Below are positions 44,609 through 54,901 of a stretch of DNA of 64,000 nucleotides, piece by piece. A program made the position numbers and the translations under genes. The DNA comes from Candidatus Poribacteria bacterium. GTDB taxonomy: Bacteria > Poribacteria > WGA-4E > WGA-3G. The DNA lies in contig OZ240248.1 in NCBI GenBank assembly GCA_965198235.1, positions 96,001 to 160,000 of the forward strand, written 5' to 3'. Position 1 is the first letter of the stretch. Every line of letters starts with the position of its first letter. The notes under the pieces were generated by a model. That model made no database searches and had not been told where the DNA came from. It saw only the letters and a program-made list of their open reading frames with translations.

Positions 44609-46630
44609 TTAAGAGTCTTTACCGTGTTCAGCTTTTTCAACTATAGCGACAATTCCGCCCAGCACCATCACAGCAACGCCAATCCAGACAACACCAATGA
44701 GAGGATTATAATATGCTTGTACATTCACAACACCTCCTGTCTTAACGTCCGGTGGGATGCTGCCGAGAGCGATATAGAAGTCGTTCACACCGAAGTGGCG
44801 GATGGCAGATTCAATAGTATCCTGTTCTCCCTGTCCAGTCTTGTAATAGAAGTGGCGTGCTGGTTCCATCGTTCCTATCTGTTTCCCGTTCTTTGTGACA
44901 TCAAAAACAACGCCGGTTCGGCGATAGTTCGCAAATTCTTTCTCAAACGAGTCTTTCATTGTAAGTTGAAACTGGCCAACCTCCATTGATTCCCCGATTC
45001 TCAAACTCTTGGATTCAAGCAGAGAATAGCCTTTCGATCCCATAATGCCTATATAAAGGATAACGATGCCAATATGGATGATGTAACCGCCATATCGTCT
45101 CTTATTACGTTGGATGAGGAGATTCAAACCGTTGAGGAGGGAGGTCTTTTGCCGTTTCGCACGAAGTTTCGCACCACGATAAAATTCAGCAAAGATTGCG
45201 ACAACCACAAAGGTACCCACGGAAACACAGAGTACCGAATAGAGCGGGGAAGTCTCTTCTTTTATTAACGCGAGAAATCCCCATGTTAATGCGCCTCCGA
45301 CTAAACCGATAACAAGCGGTAACAAAAACATCCGCTGGAAGTTGTTAGCGGTAATCTTTTTCCATGAAATAATCGGACCGGCACCTGTGAGAAAAAGGAG
45401 CAGCAATCCCGGTATAATAACGACTTGATTGAAAAAGGCTTCAGGAACGGAGGATTTTTGACCGTTAATCGCCTCGGAAATAATCGGCCACAACGTGCCC
45501 CAGAGGATGATTAAGGTTAACCCGACGAGGAGCCAGTTATTCAGAATAAAAGCACTTTCGCGGGAAAGAAGGGATTCTAAACGATTCGCACTCTTAAGGC
45601 GTTTCCAGCGATAGATGATGAGTCCGATGACACCGGCTGTTGAGGCTAAAATGAAACCAAGGAAATATCCACCAATATCAGATTGTGCGAAGGCGTGCAC
45701 CGATGAAATGATTCCGCTACGCGTGATAAAGGTTCCCAAGAGTGTGAATTGGAACGCAAGCGTAATGAGAAGAATATTCCACAGCTTGAGCATATTCCGC
45801 TTCTCTTGAATCATCACGGAGTGTAGATAAGCGGTACCGAGGAGCCACGGCATAAAAGAAGCGTTTTCAACCGGATCCCATGCCCAGTAACCACCCCAGC
45901 CAAGCTCGCGATATGCCCAATTACCACCAAGCGTGATGCCAATGGTCAAAATGATCCATGAGAACAGCGTCCACCTGCGTGACCGAAGTATCCAGTCGCT
46001 TCCAACTCTACCGGAGGCAAGCGCACCCACTGCAAACGCGAACGGCACCGTTAGGCTAATCCAACCGATATATAACGTCGGCGGATGGAATGCCATGCTT
46101 GGGGTCTGCAGGAGTGGGTTCATACCGGCACCATCAGGTGCCATCTGTCCATTGGGGAATCGCGCAAGTGGGTTATAAACCCCTTCGATTAAGCCGGTGA
46201 CGAGCAGGATGAAGAAGAGTTGTATAATAGCGATAGGAATCAGAGCACAATCCGCGAGGGTATTATTCGTTTCTTTCTTCTGTCGGTGGTTTTGCCAGAC
46301 GACAATCACGCCTGCGACAGTGAGCAACCAGAGCCAGAATAAAAGAGATCCGGACATTCGTCCCCAGAGTGCTGTGATTTTATAGAGTAGCGGTTGCGCT
46401 GCGCTTGATACTTCAACAACGTAGCGCATTGAGAAATCGTCGGTGACAAAACCGTAGATGAGGGCACCAGTCGCGATACTGATAAGAATGAAGGTGGCAA
46501 TGACGGCGTTCCTACCACTTCGGATAGCACTCTGATTTCGCGTGCGTAGCCCGATGCAGAGGAAGCCAATCGCCCACAAGCCAGAGAGCACAGAGAGAAA
46601 TATAGCGGCTTGTCCAATTTCCGCAGTCAT
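44609..46630 (-). CDS. ccmF: Heme lyase CcmF
   Basis: NPLLQ, HPP, WAYRELGWGGYWAWDPVENAS (WWD domain), SVHAF. Confidence 0.95.
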   Translation of the reverse strand: MTAEIGQAAIFLSVLSGLWAIGFLCIGLRTRNQSAIRSGRNAVIATFILISIATGALIYGFVTDDFSMRYVVEVSSAAQPLLYKITALWGRMSGSLLFWLWLLTVAGVIVVWQNHRQKKETNNTLADCALIPIAIIQLFFILLVTGLIEGVYNPLARFPNGQMAPDGAGMNPLLQTPSMAFHPPTLYIGWISLTVPFAFAVGALASGRVGSDWILRSRRWTLFSWIILTIGITLGGNWAYRELGWGGYWAWDPVENASFMPWLLGTAYLHSVMIQEKRNMLKLWNILLITLAFQFTLLGTFITRSGIISSVHAFAQSDIGGYFLGFILASTAGVIGLIIYRWKRLKSANRLESLLSRESAFILNNWLLVGLTLIILWGTLWPIISEAINGQKSSVPEAFFNQVVIIPGLLLLFLTGAGPIISWKKITANNFQRMFLLPLVIGLVGGALTWGFLALIKEETSPLYSVLCVSVGTFVVVAIFAEFYRGAKLRAKRQKTSLLNGLNLLIQRNKRRYGGYIIHIGIVILYIGIMGSKGYSLLESKSLRIGESMEVGQFQLTMKDSFEKEFANYRRTGVVFDVTKNGKQIGTMEPARHFYYKTGQGEQDTIESAIRHFGVNDFYIALGSIPPDVKTGGVVNVQAYYNPLIGVVWIGVAVMVLGGIVAIVEKAEHGKDS

Positions 46631-46757
46631 TCGTTTTTGTACCTCCTTACTTTTGATAGCAAGTTCAGCCCCTTCCCAGTAACGGGTGGGGACCCTGACG
46701 TTGTAAACTGCGCCAAAAAGGTGTTGTTGAGCATATTGCTACAGTGTTGTGTATTTC

Positions 46758-47219
46758 TTATTCCGAGATGTACGAGGTCTCATTTGTGGGTGTGACACTC
46801 TCTGCTCCCTCGTATTTCGAGGCACACTTCGTCATGAGTTTAGATGCGACAATGAGGTTCTGCGTTGCATCGTATTTGCCTTCTACGAAAACGCTACCGC
46901 CATCTGTAAAATTATCCGGTTTAAGTCGATCCTTGTAAATCACGTTGACCGTTGCTCCAGTTTCGCGGTCGCCCACAGCAAAGGTGAGCTTAAAATTAGC
47001 GGCATCCCATTTGGAGCTGCCCTCTGCAATAAGCCCATCAACTTGGACCTGTTGATTGTTCATTCTATTTCCGTCTGTCACAAGCGAAGCTGGCGTGAAA
47101 TGCCGAACACTTGTCCTTTTAATCCCAGCTACCATTAAAAGTGCCATACCACATAATAAAATGACGCTCGCGGCAATCACTTTAAGCCTTCTCTGTTTTT
47201 TCACCTGGATATCCTCCAT
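46758..47219 (-). CDS. ccmE: Heme chaperone CcmE, CxxxY variant
   Basis: N-terminal TM, KPDNF, VFVEG, TKCASKY instead of HxxxY. Confidence 0.88.
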   Translation of the reverse strand: MEDIQVKKQRRLKVIAASVILLCGMALLMVAGIKRTSVRHFTPASLVTDGNRMNNQQVQVDGLIAEGSSKWDAANFKLTFAVGDRETGATVNVIYKDRLKPDNFTDGGSVFVEGKYDATQNLIVASKLMTKCASKYEGAESVTPTNETSYISE

Positions 47220-47925
47220 TAATCAGAGTCAGTAGACGTGATTTTTCAATCGTACCGACGAGATGAACCCTTACTCTTTAAAATAATACTTGATTTTACA
47301 TGCAAAATCAAGTTAAAATAGAATTTAATTTAGAGGACATGGAGAATTTTTAATAAAAAAGCAGTCAGGTTAGATGGTTCCTGCCGCTTGCAGGGATTTG
47401 TCTGTATCATCGCGATACATCTTGTTCGCATACACCATAGCCCTGAGGCTGATTGATATGAAAATTTCATAGTATTCACAGTAAACATTCCAGAGATGGT
47501 CTTTGTAACCCTCGCAGAACGTAGATGTGGCGTGGATTTATAGGCACTTAGAAGGCATTGCATTTTTCGGAGTTTACTGTGAAATTATAAAAATTGGGAC
47601 TCGATCCAACCATCGCAAAACGCAGGTATGGTGTGGGTTCATAGACTATCTGGAAGATTATCATTTTTTTAGCGTTACTGTGAAAGTATTGAAATGTATA
47701 TAAAATACTAACAAAACGAAACATTTTAAGGTTTTATATGACATTATTTAAGGGCAATCGTAAAGAATACACTCGTCAACCATGTTAATCACAAACTGAC
47801 ACGTATTAGTGGATTTGGGTAAACAGGTATTTCTCTGTATTCTTTGGAAGGGAAACGCATACCCCAAACTGCGAAAGAATCTGATTTTAGGGTGCTAACG
47901 CGTCTGAACTTTAATTATAGGAGGA

Positions 47926-47973
47926 GGCTTTTCTCCCTGCACTAAAGCACGGGGTTCCAGCCCAAAGATTTTG
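47926..47973 (-). mobile_element. Orphan IS605-type left-end hairpin
   Basis: Minus strand CAAAATCTTTGGGCTGGAACCCCGTGCTTTAGTGCAGGGAGAAAAGCC, same architecture as the left end at 24332-24378. Confidence 0.6.
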
Positions 47974-48915
47974 ATGAATTGGCAACATCACCCGTGGGCG
48001 GGTGTATTTCCGGCGACGCTCTGCCCCTTTCATGAAGATGAATCGATTGACGAAGCCGGATTGCGTCAGTATATGCAGGAACTCGCGAGTGTTCCGGGAA
48101 TAAAAGGAGTTGTCTGTAATGGACACACCGGCGAAATCATGTCCCTCCGCTTGCATGAACGACAACGCGTTACGCAGATTACCGCTGAAGCTGTTGGGGA
48201 TCGGGTTAAAGTCGTCTCAGGGATTAGCGCAGAAGGGAGTCTCCCAGCAATTGATAACGCACTCGCGGCGAAGGAAGCCGGGGCGGATGCCATCCTGTTG
48301 ATGCCCGCGCACCACTGGTTGCGTTTTGGAAGGACTCCTGAAACCGCAGTCGGTTACTTTCAAGATGTCGCCGAGGGCGCAGATATACCGATTATTGTTC
48401 ACCAGTACCCCGCATGGACAAAGGCAGGATATAGCCTTGAAGAGATGTTAGAAATGGTGAAGATCCCACAGGTTATTTGTATTAAAATGGGTACCCGTGA
48501 CATGGCGCGCTGGCGATGGGACTATGAGCAGTTGAAAGAAGCCGCACCGGATGTGCCTATTTTGACCTGTCATGATGAATATTTGCTTGCCTCCTTACTG
48601 GAAGGAAGCGATGGTGCGCTCATCGGGTTTGCAGGTTTTGTGCCCGAGTTGATGGTGGATGTCGTCCACGCCGCACTCAACAACGATCTCATCGGTGCAC
48701 GTAAGGCACGCAGTCAAGTAGACTCGTTGGCACGAATCGTCTATAACTTCGGTGAACCGAGCAGTGACGCACATCAGCGAATGAAATGCGCTCGCTGGTT
48801 GATGGGCAGATTCCCCTCAATGACGATGCGCCGACCCCTTCGTCAATTGTCCACAACCGAAGTGAATAAAATCCGAACGCGTCTTGAAGATACCGGTTAT
48901 CAGTGCGTTAATTAA
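47974..48915 (+). CDS. Dihydrodipicolinate synthase/N-acetylneuraminate lyase family aldolase
   Basis: GVFPATLCPF, NGHTGE, GADAILLMP, catalytic Lys in CIKMG. Confidence 0.85.
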   Translation: MNWQHHPWAGVFPATLCPFHEDESIDEAGLRQYMQELASVPGIKGVVCNGHTGEIMSLRLHERQRVTQITAEAVGDRVKVVSGISAEGSLPAIDNALAAKEAGADAILLMPAHHWLRFGRTPETAVGYFQDVAEGADIPIIVHQYPAWTKAGYSLEEMLEMVKIPQVICIKMGTRDMARWRWDYEQLKEAAPDVPILTCHDEYLLASLLEGSDGALIGFAGFVPELMVDVVHAALNNDLIGARKARSQVDSLARIVYNFGEPSSDAHQRMKCARWLMGRFPSMTMRRPLRQLSTTEVNKIRTRLEDTGYQCVN

Positions 48916-48987
48916 GTTTCTTGGAAACCCGTTTACTGATAGGTGTTGTGTCTTGATGCAAGTTGTCCACGGAATTAGAGGAGCAGA

Positions 48988-50202
48988 ATGTCACGTCTAA
49001 AATACGCTTTGATCGGTCATGGCAGACGCGGTGCCGCGCATCTGTCAACAGCCGCTACATTAAAGGATACCTTTGATATAGTTGCCGTGTGTGATGCGCA
49101 CGCGGAATCCGCAGAGGCGGGCGCGGCGAAACTCGGTGTTAATGCCTATACCGATGTCCGGAAAATGATTGATGAAATATCGCCTGATGTCTGCGATGTC
49201 GTTGTGCCTGCGCCGCTACACCATATCGTTTCCTGTTACCTTTCCCGATGTGGCATCCCGCATAACGTAGAGACAGGGCTTGCCCCAACACTCGGTTTGA
49301 TGGATATGATGATAGCCGACGCTGCCGAAAATCGGGTAAAACTCCAAACGTCAGAAAATTTTCCTTTTGTCCCTGTGGAACAATTCGTCTGCAAGCTCAT
49401 CCAGGAAGGCGTGATTGGCAAGGTCCACAAGTGTTACCGACTCTTCTCCACAACCGGCTATCATGGACTCGCTGCAATACGGTGCCGTATGGATGCCGCC
49501 CCCAAATCGGTTAGCAGCATCGGGCATACGATGCTTGTTTCTCCCTATGTTGACAGGGCGAAACGGGATTACAATCGGGAAGGTCTTGAGTTTTATGCCG
49601 TAGATTTTGAGAATGGCGGAATCGGCATCGCCATGGTAGGCAATAAGAATGGATGCCTCGGACGGAATAAACTTGTCGGTTTCGAGACGTGTGGTGAGCG
49701 CGGCACGATTATCACCAACGGAAATCAAAGCGCATCGGGTGGCGAAACAGTTAACGTTTGCACAGATGAGGACCTCTCCGAGAATGGGGGAAGGGCGCAA
49801 ACATACGAATTCCAGCGGGAGTCGGGTGACGATGGGACGCTACGTCGTATCTTTGTAGAACTGCCGCCGTCATTAGGTGGGACTATTGAATGGGTGAACC
49901 CTTATCAACGGACAACTATCGCAGAGTCTGGCATTTCATTGGCGACCATGCTTGACGGTATCGCTCGCGCTATCCGGGAAGACACGCAGCCGCTATGGAC
50001 AGGCGAAATGGGCAGAGCCGATCAGGAGATGGTGATTGCCGCACATCGGTCAATCCAGATGAATCGACAGCCTATCGAACTTCCCCTTCAGCCTGATCCT
50101 GCTGAAGAAGACGCGTTCGACCGCGACTTTGAAGCCCAATTTGGTGTTCACCCACGTGAAAATATTGAAAAAGCGTTACAGGTTAATTTCAAAGCGCGTT
50201 AG
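48988..50202 (+). CDS. Gfo/Idh/MocA oxidoreductase (divergent)
   Basis: ALIGHGRRG Rossmann motif, VAVCD, VET variant of EKP. Confidence 0.78.
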   Translation: MSRLKYALIGHGRRGAAHLSTAATLKDTFDIVAVCDAHAESAEAGAAKLGVNAYTDVRKMIDEISPDVCDVVVPAPLHHIVSCYLSRCGIPHNVETGLAPTLGLMDMMIADAAENRVKLQTSENFPFVPVEQFVCKLIQEGVIGKVHKCYRLFSTTGYHGLAAIRCRMDAAPKSVSSIGHTMLVSPYVDRAKRDYNREGLEFYAVDFENGGIGIAMVGNKNGCLGRNKLVGFETCGERGTIITNGNQSASGGETVNVCTDEDLSENGGRAQTYEFQRESGDDGTLRRIFVELPPSLGGTIEWVNPYQRTTIAESGISLATMLDGIARAIREDTQPLWTGEMGRADQEMVIAAHRSIQMNRQPIELPLQPDPAEEDAFDRDFEAQFGVHPRENIEKALQVNFKAR

Positions 50203-50253
50203 CAGAAGTGAAATTGGCAATAAATAATTCTTAGATGTTTATAGAGGTAAGAG

Positions 50254-51228
50254 ATGAAAGAAATTAGAATTGGGTTTATCGGATGTGGCGGCAATGCGAA
50301 TGGGCACATGAACCAATTAGCCGGAATCGAAGGCGCAAGTGTTGTGGCTGTGTGCGATATTCAAGCTGAACGGGCGCAAAGCGCAGCCGAGAGACATAGT
50401 GCGGATCCCTATACCGCACATCAAGCCCTACTCGAACGTGATGACTTGGATGCCGTCTATCTGAGCCTCCCAGTTTTCGCCCATGGGCAGCCAGAACTTG
50501 ACGTTATTGCGCGAGGCTTACCCTTTCTCGTTGAGAAGCCCGTTGCCATCAGTATGGATATCGCCCGTGAGGTTGAAGCAGCGGTGGCGAGTGCTGGACT
50601 CATAACTTGTGTCGGTTATCAACTCCGTTACCTCGGTTCGACAAAAATAACGCAACAGATTCTGCAGGGAAGAACGATTAACATGGTCGTTGGTAAGTAC
50701 TGGTGCAGCACTGGACACGGTGACCCGAGCGCATGGCTCCGGCAGATGGGCAAATCCGGGGGTCAACTCGTCGAACAAGCGACACATACGATCGACATGA
50801 TGCGCTACATGGGCGGAGAAGTGGAAACTGTCTATGCCATGCAGGCGAACCGATTTCTCAAAGAGACGGATTGTCCTGATGCCAATAGTGTCGCTCTCCA
50901 GTTTGCGAGTGGTGCCGTCGGTTCGTTGACTGCTACTTGGGCTTACGCAGGTGACTGGTCGAACGCGAATATCCTGGATTTACTGTATGAGGGAGAGTTG
51001 TTGAATTGGAATCCATCAAGGGTCTTGGTACAGGAAAATGGCGAATGGGTGGATAAGACAGAGCCGAGCCCAACAATTGATGAGGTTTTCGTGGACGCAG
51101 TGCGAAACGGTGATGCCTCTTCAATCTTGAGTCCTTATAGTGATGCAGTCAAAACGCTTGCAATATCGCTGGCAGCAAACCAATCTGCGCAAGAAGACAG
51201 ACCTATAGCCATTTCGGAGATTTTGTAA
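50254..51228 (+). CDS. Gfo/Idh/MocA oxidoreductase
   Basis: GFIGCGG, VEKP, SGGQLVEQATH. Confidence 0.9.
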   Translation: MKEIRIGFIGCGGNANGHMNQLAGIEGASVVAVCDIQAERAQSAAERHSADPYTAHQALLERDDLDAVYLSLPVFAHGQPELDVIARGLPFLVEKPVAISMDIAREVEAAVASAGLITCVGYQLRYLGSTKITQQILQGRTINMVVGKYWCSTGHGDPSAWLRQMGKSGGQLVEQATHTIDMMRYMGGEVETVYAMQANRFLKETDCPDANSVALQFASGAVGSLTATWAYAGDWSNANILDLLYEGELLNWNPSRVLVQENGEWVDKTEPSPTIDEVFVDAVRNGDASSILSPYSDAVKTLAISLAANQSAQEDRPIAISEIL

Positions 51229-51264
51229 GGATGCCTTCCGAATTTGCTTTAAAAGGAGTTAATT

Positions 51265-52260
51265 ATGTCGCAAACTTCGTCGAAATACCGTGTAGCAATC
51301 GTTGGGTGTGGTGGTATCTCTAACGCGCATGGCAAGGCGTGGCGGAATCTACCAGAAATTGAAATTGTAGGGGCATGCGATGAGCAGTTTGAACCGCTCA
51401 AGCGTTTTGCTACCGAATATAACGTTCAGAATACCTACAACGACCTCCAACAGATGCTGGAGAAACAGCAACCCGATGTCTTAGTGATCGCAACGTGGCC
51501 CTCGAGCCATCTGAAAAATGTTCTGGAAGCAGTGCGGTGCGAAGTCAAAGGTATTCTTGTTGAGAAACCCATTGCGGTTAACACCACGCAACTGGAGCAG
51601 ATGATTCAGGTTACAGAACGCGCTGACATCCGATTAATGGAAGCCTTCATGTATCGACATCACCCCTTGACGCTCGCGGTGAAACAGAAAATTGAGGAAG
51701 GTGTAATCGGAGAGGTCCGCTATGCCCGTTCTACTTTTTCAACAGGACTCACAGACCGACGGAATTGGCGATTAAGAGGCGATCTCGGCGGGGGTGCCGT
51801 CATGGATTTAGGCTGTTATTGCATCAATATCATCCGTTATCTCGTTGGGCGAGAACCACAGTCGGTCTGGGCAACGGGCAAGTTTGAACCGATTAACAAC
51901 GTTTGGGAAACTCTGATCGGAACCTTGGATTTTGGCGATGGTATTACTGCGCAACTCGATTGTAGTTTCGGTTGGACGTGGCGCGAATCTTATGAGGTCG
52001 CTGGGACGGATGGCACCCTCTTTGTTCAGAGCGCGTGGGGCAACTCGGAAGGCGAATCTCATTTTATTGTAAACGGCGAAACTATTAGCGTTGCTAATGG
52101 TGTGAATCCTTATGCCGCTGAGATTTTGGATCTCTGTCGAGCAGTGGAGACGGGTGCACCAACTCACTTACCAATATCGGACGCACTTGGAAATATGCGG
52201 GTCATCGACGCACTACACGAATCGGCACACACAGGTCAGGGCATCAAGATCCCTGTGTAA
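51265..52260 (+). CDS. Gfo/Idh/MocA oxidoreductase
   Basis: AIVGCGG, VEKP, EAFMYRHHP, GGGAVMDLGCY. Confidence 0.9.
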   Translation: MSQTSSKYRVAIVGCGGISNAHGKAWRNLPEIEIVGACDEQFEPLKRFATEYNVQNTYNDLQQMLEKQQPDVLVIATWPSSHLKNVLEAVRCEVKGILVEKPIAVNTTQLEQMIQVTERADIRLMEAFMYRHHPLTLAVKQKIEEGVIGEVRYARSTFSTGLTDRRNWRLRGDLGGGAVMDLGCYCINIIRYLVGREPQSVWATGKFEPINNVWETLIGTLDFGDGITAQLDCSFGWTWRESYEVAGTDGTLFVQSAWGNSEGESHFIVNGETISVANGVNPYAAEILDLCRAVETGAPTHLPISDALGNMRVIDALHESAHTGQGIKIPV

Positions 52261-52437
52261 AGGCTTTAAATTGTCCTTGCCGCAATCGCTGCTTGAACGA
52301 TTGTTATCGGTTAGGATGTAAGGAGAGCGGCTTTTAGGACCGGACGGAGGGCGTCATTATCCCGAGTAATCGTTCAGTTTCACCAAAAACCCGATTGGCC
52401 TGTAAGGTCAATCGGTCCAGAAGTCCAATAGTTAAAA

Positions 52438-54855
52438 ATGTTTGAAAAAATGATGAAGTACCCCATTGACGTTTTCCGAGAGGGGAATTTCTCGTTCGGG
52501 GTACCATTGCCAGGGCTTCTTATAGCCGTTCTACTCGTAGCACTTTTCGCCGCTACGACATGGGCATATCGGAGTACCCAAGGACGCATCCAACGCGTCT
52601 TCCGGGGCTTTCTCATCTTTCTCCGCACGATTGTACTTTGCCTGCTTGCCTTCTGCCTTCTTAAACCCTTTCTAACAATTTATCAAACAAACCCTGATGA
52701 TTCCTATCTGTTGGTGATGGTTGATCGGTCCAAAAGTATGCAGATTACCGATTCTGCTGATTCAGTGACACGGTTGCACCGCGTCAACGACCTACTCTTT
52801 TCGGAAGAAGAGGGACTCCTTGAAAAGCTGAACGCTAAATTCAAAGTCAGGCTCTTTGCATTCGACACTACGGCAAAACGGATTCCGAGCGAGACGTTGA
52901 CCAGGGCAGAGGGGGAAAGTACAGATATCCCACAAGCGTTAAACGAAGCACTTGATGACTTGCAGGGAATCCCACTCTCCGGAGCTGTACTCTTGACTGA
53001 TGGTGTGGACAGAAGTGGTGTTGATGTCGCAAAGTTCGCAATGCAAATCCGAGAGCGGAAATTACCTATCCATACGGTTGGCATTGGCACAGAAGAGGGC
53101 AATCCAGATCTCGAGCTTGTCAAGGTCGATGTGCCTCGGACTGCAGAAGAAGATTTTCCTGTCAAGGTATGGGTAACGCTGAAGCGGAAGCGGTTCAAAG
53201 GAAAAAAGGTGAATGTCCAATTAACAAGCAACGGACGAGTCCTGAAAACTGAGTCCGTCGATATGGATGAAGGAACCTCTTGGATGTCGCAGCTCAGCGG
53301 GACAGATTCAGCTTCTAATACCAAGACGGAACGCGTATTGCTTAAATTTACCCCTCGCGAAGCCGGCACCCAAAAATTTGAAGTACATGCGGAGTTAGGA
53401 GAAGTGGAAGCGGTCCCACAAAACAACACGAAAACGTTTTTACTCAAGGTGGCACCTACCAAACGTGTGAAAATCCTGTTTGTTGATGGTAAACCGCGTT
53501 ATGAATTTGGCTTTATAAAGCGTGCCTTGAAAAACGACCCGAACATCCAATTAACGGATCGGTTTTTGAAAAGCGTCACTGATGGTGAGCGGAAGTACGG
53601 CGGCACCCGCACCGAGGCATCACATGATTTTAAATTTTATCCGGACGATAAGGAGATGCTTTTTGACTTTGACGCTATCATTTTAGGCAACGTGGATGCA
53701 TCCGAATTTACACCTTCACAGTTGGAGAATACAGTTGAGTTTGTACGCACCCGAGGGGGCGGCCTGCTTATGTTGGGTGGTTCCAGTTCTTTAGGTAACC
53801 ATGAGCTTTCTGGGTCCTATATCAACACGCCGATTGCGCAATGTCTCCCCGTAGAATTGGAGCTTGGATCCCCACCACCTCCATTAGCACCGAGGCGACT
53901 CGGTAGGTCGATCACGAGTTCACAGCCTATTAGAGACAAGGGCTATAAATTGCAACTCACACCGGAAGGGAAAGTCGAAACTTTGATGGCTTTGGTGGAT
54001 ATGCCTGCCGAGAATTTGGAACGCTGGCAGATCTTGCCTACGTTGAAGGGATATAGTAAGGTGAAACGTGCCAAAGCAGGAGCAATCGTTTTGGCGGAGC
54101 ATCCAACCGATCGGAATGAATTCGGCAATCGAATTCTTATCGCAACGCATAATTACAATGCCGGACGCGTAATGGTATTTACACCGCATACCTCTTGGCG
54201 CTGGCAGATGCTACCTTCTCATGAAGATGGGGATCAACGATTCTGGCACCAAGAGGATAGTCCGGAACGGTTCTGGCGACAGGCAGCGAAGTGGCTGACG
54301 ACTGCCCCGAAGGAACATATTAAACTCGATATTGCAAAAACGGCTTACGCTTTGAAAGAGCCTATCGTAATTGAGGTCACTGCCACGGATCCACAGTTTC
54401 AGTTGACAAACAACGCGAAAATCCGAGCCGTGGTTCTTGATGAAGCTGGGAAACGCAGGGAGTTAAAACTTGAACAGGTCCTCGGCAAAGATGGACGCTA
54501 CACGGCGCGTTTTATTCCGAATCGTTACGGCGAATACACCATCACCGCAACCGGGACCCTTGGTAGCGAAAACTTAGGCGAACAACAGACCCTTTTTGAG
54601 GTAAAAACATCTTACGCCGAATTTAGTAATGCTGAGCTGAACGTCGCGCTTCTCAAAACGCTTGCTGAAGGAAGTGGCGGTACGTACTACACCATGGAAG
54701 AAGCAACCCAACTTGTAAACCAGATTCCGCTTGTCGAGAGTGCAACATCAAAGATTACGGATGTTGATATCTGGGATATGCCTCTCATTTTCGGTGCGGT
54801 TATCGCGCTACTTGGGTTTGAGTGGTTCTTAAGAAAACGCGGTGGTCTCGTGTAA
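52438..54855 (+). CDS. Membrane-anchored vWA + glutamine-amidotransferase-like domain protein
   Basis: Two N-terminal TMs, MIDAS DRSKSM...TDG, GGGLLMLGG, SWRW, C-terminal EWFLRKRGGL. Confidence 0.8.
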   Translation: MFEKMMKYPIDVFREGNFSFGVPLPGLLIAVLLVALFAATTWAYRSTQGRIQRVFRGFLIFLRTIVLCLLAFCLLKPFLTIYQTNPDDSYLLVMVDRSKSMQITDSADSVTRLHRVNDLLFSEEEGLLEKLNAKFKVRLFAFDTTAKRIPSETLTRAEGESTDIPQALNEALDDLQGIPLSGAVLLTDGVDRSGVDVAKFAMQIRERKLPIHTVGIGTEEGNPDLELVKVDVPRTAEEDFPVKVWVTLKRKRFKGKKVNVQLTSNGRVLKTESVDMDEGTSWMSQLSGTDSASNTKTERVLLKFTPREAGTQKFEVHAELGEVEAVPQNNTKTFLLKVAPTKRVKILFVDGKPRYEFGFIKRALKNDPNIQLTDRFLKSVTDGERKYGGTRTEASHDFKFYPDDKEMLFDFDAIILGNVDASEFTPSQLENTVEFVRTRGGGLLMLGGSSSLGNHELSGSYINTPIAQCLPVELELGSPPPPLAPRRLGRSITSSQPIRDKGYKLQLTPEGKVETLMALVDMPAENLERWQILPTLKGYSKVKRAKAGAIVLAEHPTDRNEFGNRILIATHNYNAGRVMVFTPHTSWRWQMLPSHEDGDQRFWHQEDSPERFWRQAAKWLTTAPKEHIKLDIAKTAYALKEPIVIEVTATDPQFQLTNNAKIRAVVLDEAGKRRELKLEQVLGKDGRYTARFIPNRYGEYTITATGTLGSENLGEQQTLFEVKTSYAEFSNAELNVALLKTLAEGSGGTYYTMEEATQLVNQIPLVESATSKITDVDIWDMPLIFGAVIALLGFEWFLRKRGGLV

Positions 54856-54901
54856 CCGATGTCTGAAAATTAAAATCGAAAGGAGAAATAATTTATAAAA
54901 A

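Noticed and set aside
52704-53462. 252-aa minus-strand ORF
   Set aside because: Antisense shadow of the vWA gene
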